From Ostrea edulis (lineage: Eukaryota), in the NCBI RefSeq assembly GCF_947568905.1, contig NC_079166.1, positions 43,896,001 to 43,960,000 of the forward strand: a DNA stretch of 64,000 bases. Direction: 5' to 3'. The notes under the pieces were generated by a model. That model made no database searches and had not been told where the DNA came from. It worked only from the letters and a program-made list of their open reading frames with translations. Both the position numbers and the translations under genes were made by a program. Each line of letters starts with the position of its first letter. Within the stretch, counting starts at the first letter, position 1. Positions 61,001 through 64,000 of the stretch are shown piece after piece.

Positions 61001-62610
61001 CTAGCATTGTTGTCAAGTTCAATTTGGTAATCAATAAGATAGACTGCTCACCACATCATAAAATGTAAAGAATTTGAACATTATGCTATTTTTTAACAGC
61101 ATCACAATGAAGATGTACCAAGGACAGCAGAGGCCATCGCCAACTGAGGCTGATCGTCTGAACAGCACAGCAGTGGGTTACAAGGAGCTGTCTGGATACA
61201 GCGAGAATAACGATCGGTTCGTGGCCCAGGATGATGACTACAAGAGGTTCACCACTCACTACAAAACCAGGTCTGTCCTATCTCTTCTGATGGGTAAAGT
61301 CAGACCTAATTTTGCATGGTTATATGTATTTCCTTGCTCAAGTTGTTGGGGATTTAGTTAATCAAAGGTACACAATTTTGACATGTCATAAATCAAGAGA
61401 ATATGTCTGTCAAGTTTTACCGGGTACTATTTTGCTCACCATCTTAAGAGTGCTATAGAATAGCATCACATTTTCTTTGCCTGGTGGATGGCAGGTTTGC
61501 CCCCCTACCCATTCTTCTGACACAATTATCTTCTGTTTAGTAGGTTTGAATTTGACCCCTACCATCAAGTTTTTCCTATGTTATAGGTTTGCACCTCATC
61601 CCAAAGCTTTTTGAGTTTGTGTAGTAAGTTTTGTCTGACCCCTTACACCAACTTTATTCCGTTTTCTCTGTATATAGGTTGAGGCTTTACTTCCAAATTT
61701 TCTCTGTGTGTTGTAGATTGAGGCCCAACCCCCAAGTTTTCTCTCTGTGTAGGTTGAGGCTTGACCCCAAGTTTTCCTAAGTGTTGTAGATTGAGGCCCG
61801 ACCCCCATTTTTCTCTGTGTAGGTTGAGGCTTGATCTCCAAGTTTTCTCTGTGTGTTTAGGTTGAGGCTTGACCCCCAAGTTTTCTCTGTGTGTTTTAGA
61901 TTGAGACCTGAACCCCAAGTTGTAGGTTTTGCCTGATCCCCAAGTTTTCTTTCTGTGTAGTAGGTTGAGACCTGAACCTCAAATTTTATCTGTGTGTGTA
62001 AGTTGAGGCCTCTGTGTTGTAGGTTGAGGTCTGAACCCCAAGTTTTCTCTCTGTGTGTGTAGTGTGTGCAAGTTTTAGTTCTTCTCTGTGTATGTAGGTT
62101 TAGGCCTGACAATTTCCACCAAGTTATCTGTGTTTGTGATGTAGGTTTAGACCCAACAAATCATGTTTTCTTTGCCCGTGTTGTAGATTTGGACCTGACC
62201 CTACACCTGTAGGTAAGGATAGGGAGGGGCACACAAGGGGAGCTGTCCAGTATCAGAAACCAGATGGATTCACTAAGAGCACTGCTGTTCACGATTACGG
62301 GCCCGATGTCCAGTCCACCGCAACTTTAAGGAGGCTTGAACCTTATGTCTCCAGGTAGAATTTTCTTTTTGCAAGTACCTAATACTCGATCCAAAGCAAA
62401 GAAAGGGGCTAGTGAAAAATGTATCCAATTCAAATCAATAGTATTGAATATTGAATACAGAGCACAAGAAAAAATAAAGCCAAGGGATCTGATTATATGT
62501 GAAACCTTTAATTTATGCCTTATTTTTTTAACAGGAGCATAAGAGCCCGAGATGTATTCTACGATGATCACACACATGATATGAAGACTCACTCTTTAGT
62601 TGTATCATAA
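55039..62610 (+). CDS. PPP1R32: Protein phosphatase 1 regulatory subunit 32 / SAXO4 (ciliary microtubule inner protein), about 457 aa
   Basis: Exons 55039-55268, 56340-56493, 56606-56728, 56951-57011, 58913-59025, 59485-59556, 59657-59758, 60598-60701, 61100-61270, 62187-62354 and 62535-62610; phases consistent. Motifs MG.LP.G, KFY.T....YG...FKPR.G.H.GTGY.SNF.P, DP.E.EN, E.SGFT and D.EG.TRG..Q match. Confidence 0.9.
59896..60092. repeat. ~195-bp imperfect palindrome (MITE-like) in PPP1R32 intron
   Basis: tgttggagagtgtgctaaatttacaatacatgctcaatgatattacaggatt... mirrored by ...aatcctgtaatattattgagcatgtattgtaaattttgcacattttccaaca. Confidence 0.8.
61541..62160. repeat. Degenerate ~30-35-bp minisatellite upstream of the penultimate PPP1R32 exon
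   Basis: Unit gtaggttgaggcttgaccccaagttttctctgtgt and variants. Confidence 0.85.
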
Positions 62611-63749
62611 GACACAGGAGGAGGGATAGGAATTTGTAAACTGAATACTTATAACCAAGGACAGTATACAATATACTGCTGGTAAAATAAATGAAATCAT
62701 TGCAATATCAGCATCAAACATTATGTATGATGAAGTTTTAGCTAAACACAATATATGCTGATATATGTTATTAATATATGTGGCATATTTTCTGAATATT
62801 CTTGGGAAATTGCTCCTTGTGAAATCTTGCATAGTGTGTTGATAAACTTCCACATTTTCCTTTGTTATGTTATTCCTATGTTATAAGCTGAAGCAGTAAA
62901 AGTGCTATTGTAATCCTTAGAACAACTTTGTGGTTTTCTCCAGTATTATCTCCCTTGCTTCTCTAGTCTGCACTATGTCCATACAGCCTCTTTGTCATTT
63001 TTCGAATCAAAGAGACTAGTGAGTGATTGAACATGGTTCTGGTGTCTGTAAAATTTCTCTAAATATTTTGTTTCTGTCTCTGATTATGACTGTGATACAT
63101 TTGTTAAATGTTTTGATGATCATGTTTTGGAATTTGATTCTGTTTGTTTTCCACAGGGTTTTGTATTTGTTAGTGTCTCTGGGTCAGGAGGTGTTGCCTG
63201 ATACAGATCAATACATTTAACTACCTTTAGTCACAAATAAGGTCACTTTTACAGAAAAATTGTCTTTGCATAACTCCACAATCGTTCCCTGTTGAGGATG
63301 GTGAATTTATGCTTTACATGGGGGTACACATGTATGTGATTATGTTTGTGATGATTTATACATGTATGTGACTGAATTTTATGAAATATATTTTATTGTG
63401 AAAGTGTTATATAGGTTACTATATTGCATGCTCATTAAAACCCAGTTTATTGATAATGTTTTACAATTAATAAATTTTATGGAAAAGCTATTCTATATTT
63501 TGTTTTTGTTTTGTTTTGTTTCCTTTGGCAAAATAACTGCAACTGAAGCAATGTAATGATTTATTTTCTCTCTCTGTACAATGATTAGCAATAAGAACCA
63601 ATTTCAGCATGATTAATTCTCTGTGTCCTTGAGAATTTTCACAATGTCACACTAACCAACAGTTCTAAAAGTGAACACATTCTACAGTATATCACAGAGC
63701 ACAGTGAAATGAAATCATCTTAAATAAAATTTTTAAAAAATCATATCCA

Positions 63750-64000
63750 TCAGGATATACTGAAATCCAGATCATTTAGTTCATTGGCTATCTCAGTGTT
63801 GACTTGTGTCTCTATACTGGCAGGAATAATATCCAGGCAAATGTCGTACTGCTGATCCAGTCCGAGATATGAGTCGCTCATCAAATACAGGGTGTAAATG
63901 ACACGGCCGGTGTTTTCTGGGGTATAGATTGCCAAGGACTGCTTGGATGAACCCCTGATGTACCCCATTCTTTTCAGAGCTATCACTTCACGATTTTCAA
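63750..64000 (-). CDS. ASCC3: Activating signal cointegrator 1 complex subunit 3, last exon (C-terminal Sec63 domain); partial
   Basis: ENREVIALKRMGYIR...YTPENTGRVIYTLYLMSDSYLGLDQQYDICL...QVNTEI matches the ASCC3 C-terminus (ELIALKRVGY...YLGLDQQYDI...QVNT) better than SNRNP200. Confidence 0.92.
   Translation of the reverse strand, partial: ENREVIALKRMGYIRGSSKQSLAIYTPENTGRVIYTLYLMSDSYLGLDQQYDICLDIIPASIETQVNTEIANELNDLDFSIS

Overview
AT-rich, intron-containing eukaryotic DNA. The repeat content (Helentron/HINE elements carrying ~166-bp HindIII-site satellite arrays) points to an oyster-like bivalve; the species cannot be fixed from sequence alone. I assembled seven spliced protein-coding genes by hand from GT-AG boundaries and frame continuity. 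In order: an Aa_trans-family amino acid transporter (-, runs off the left edge); NDUFB4 (+); an uncharacterised 359-aa CARD / acidic-Tyr linker / degenerate SH2 protein (-); RPF2 (+, 10 exons); a 3-exon secreted single-WSC-domain gene nested antisense in RPF2 intron 8 and absent from the ORF track (-); PPP1R32/SAXO4 (+, 11 coding exons); and the last exon of ASCC3 (-, runs off the right edge). Introns and intergenic DNA hold non-autonomous Helentrons, TIR elements, foldback-like inverted minisatellites and a 5'-truncated LINE whose 3' UTR has a duplicated, covarying RNA structure. The best novelty candidates are the CARD-pseudo-SH2 adaptor, the cationic WSC gene bracketed by same-family Helentron copies, and the LINE 3' UTR structure. 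All homology calls are from recognised motifs, not database searches.
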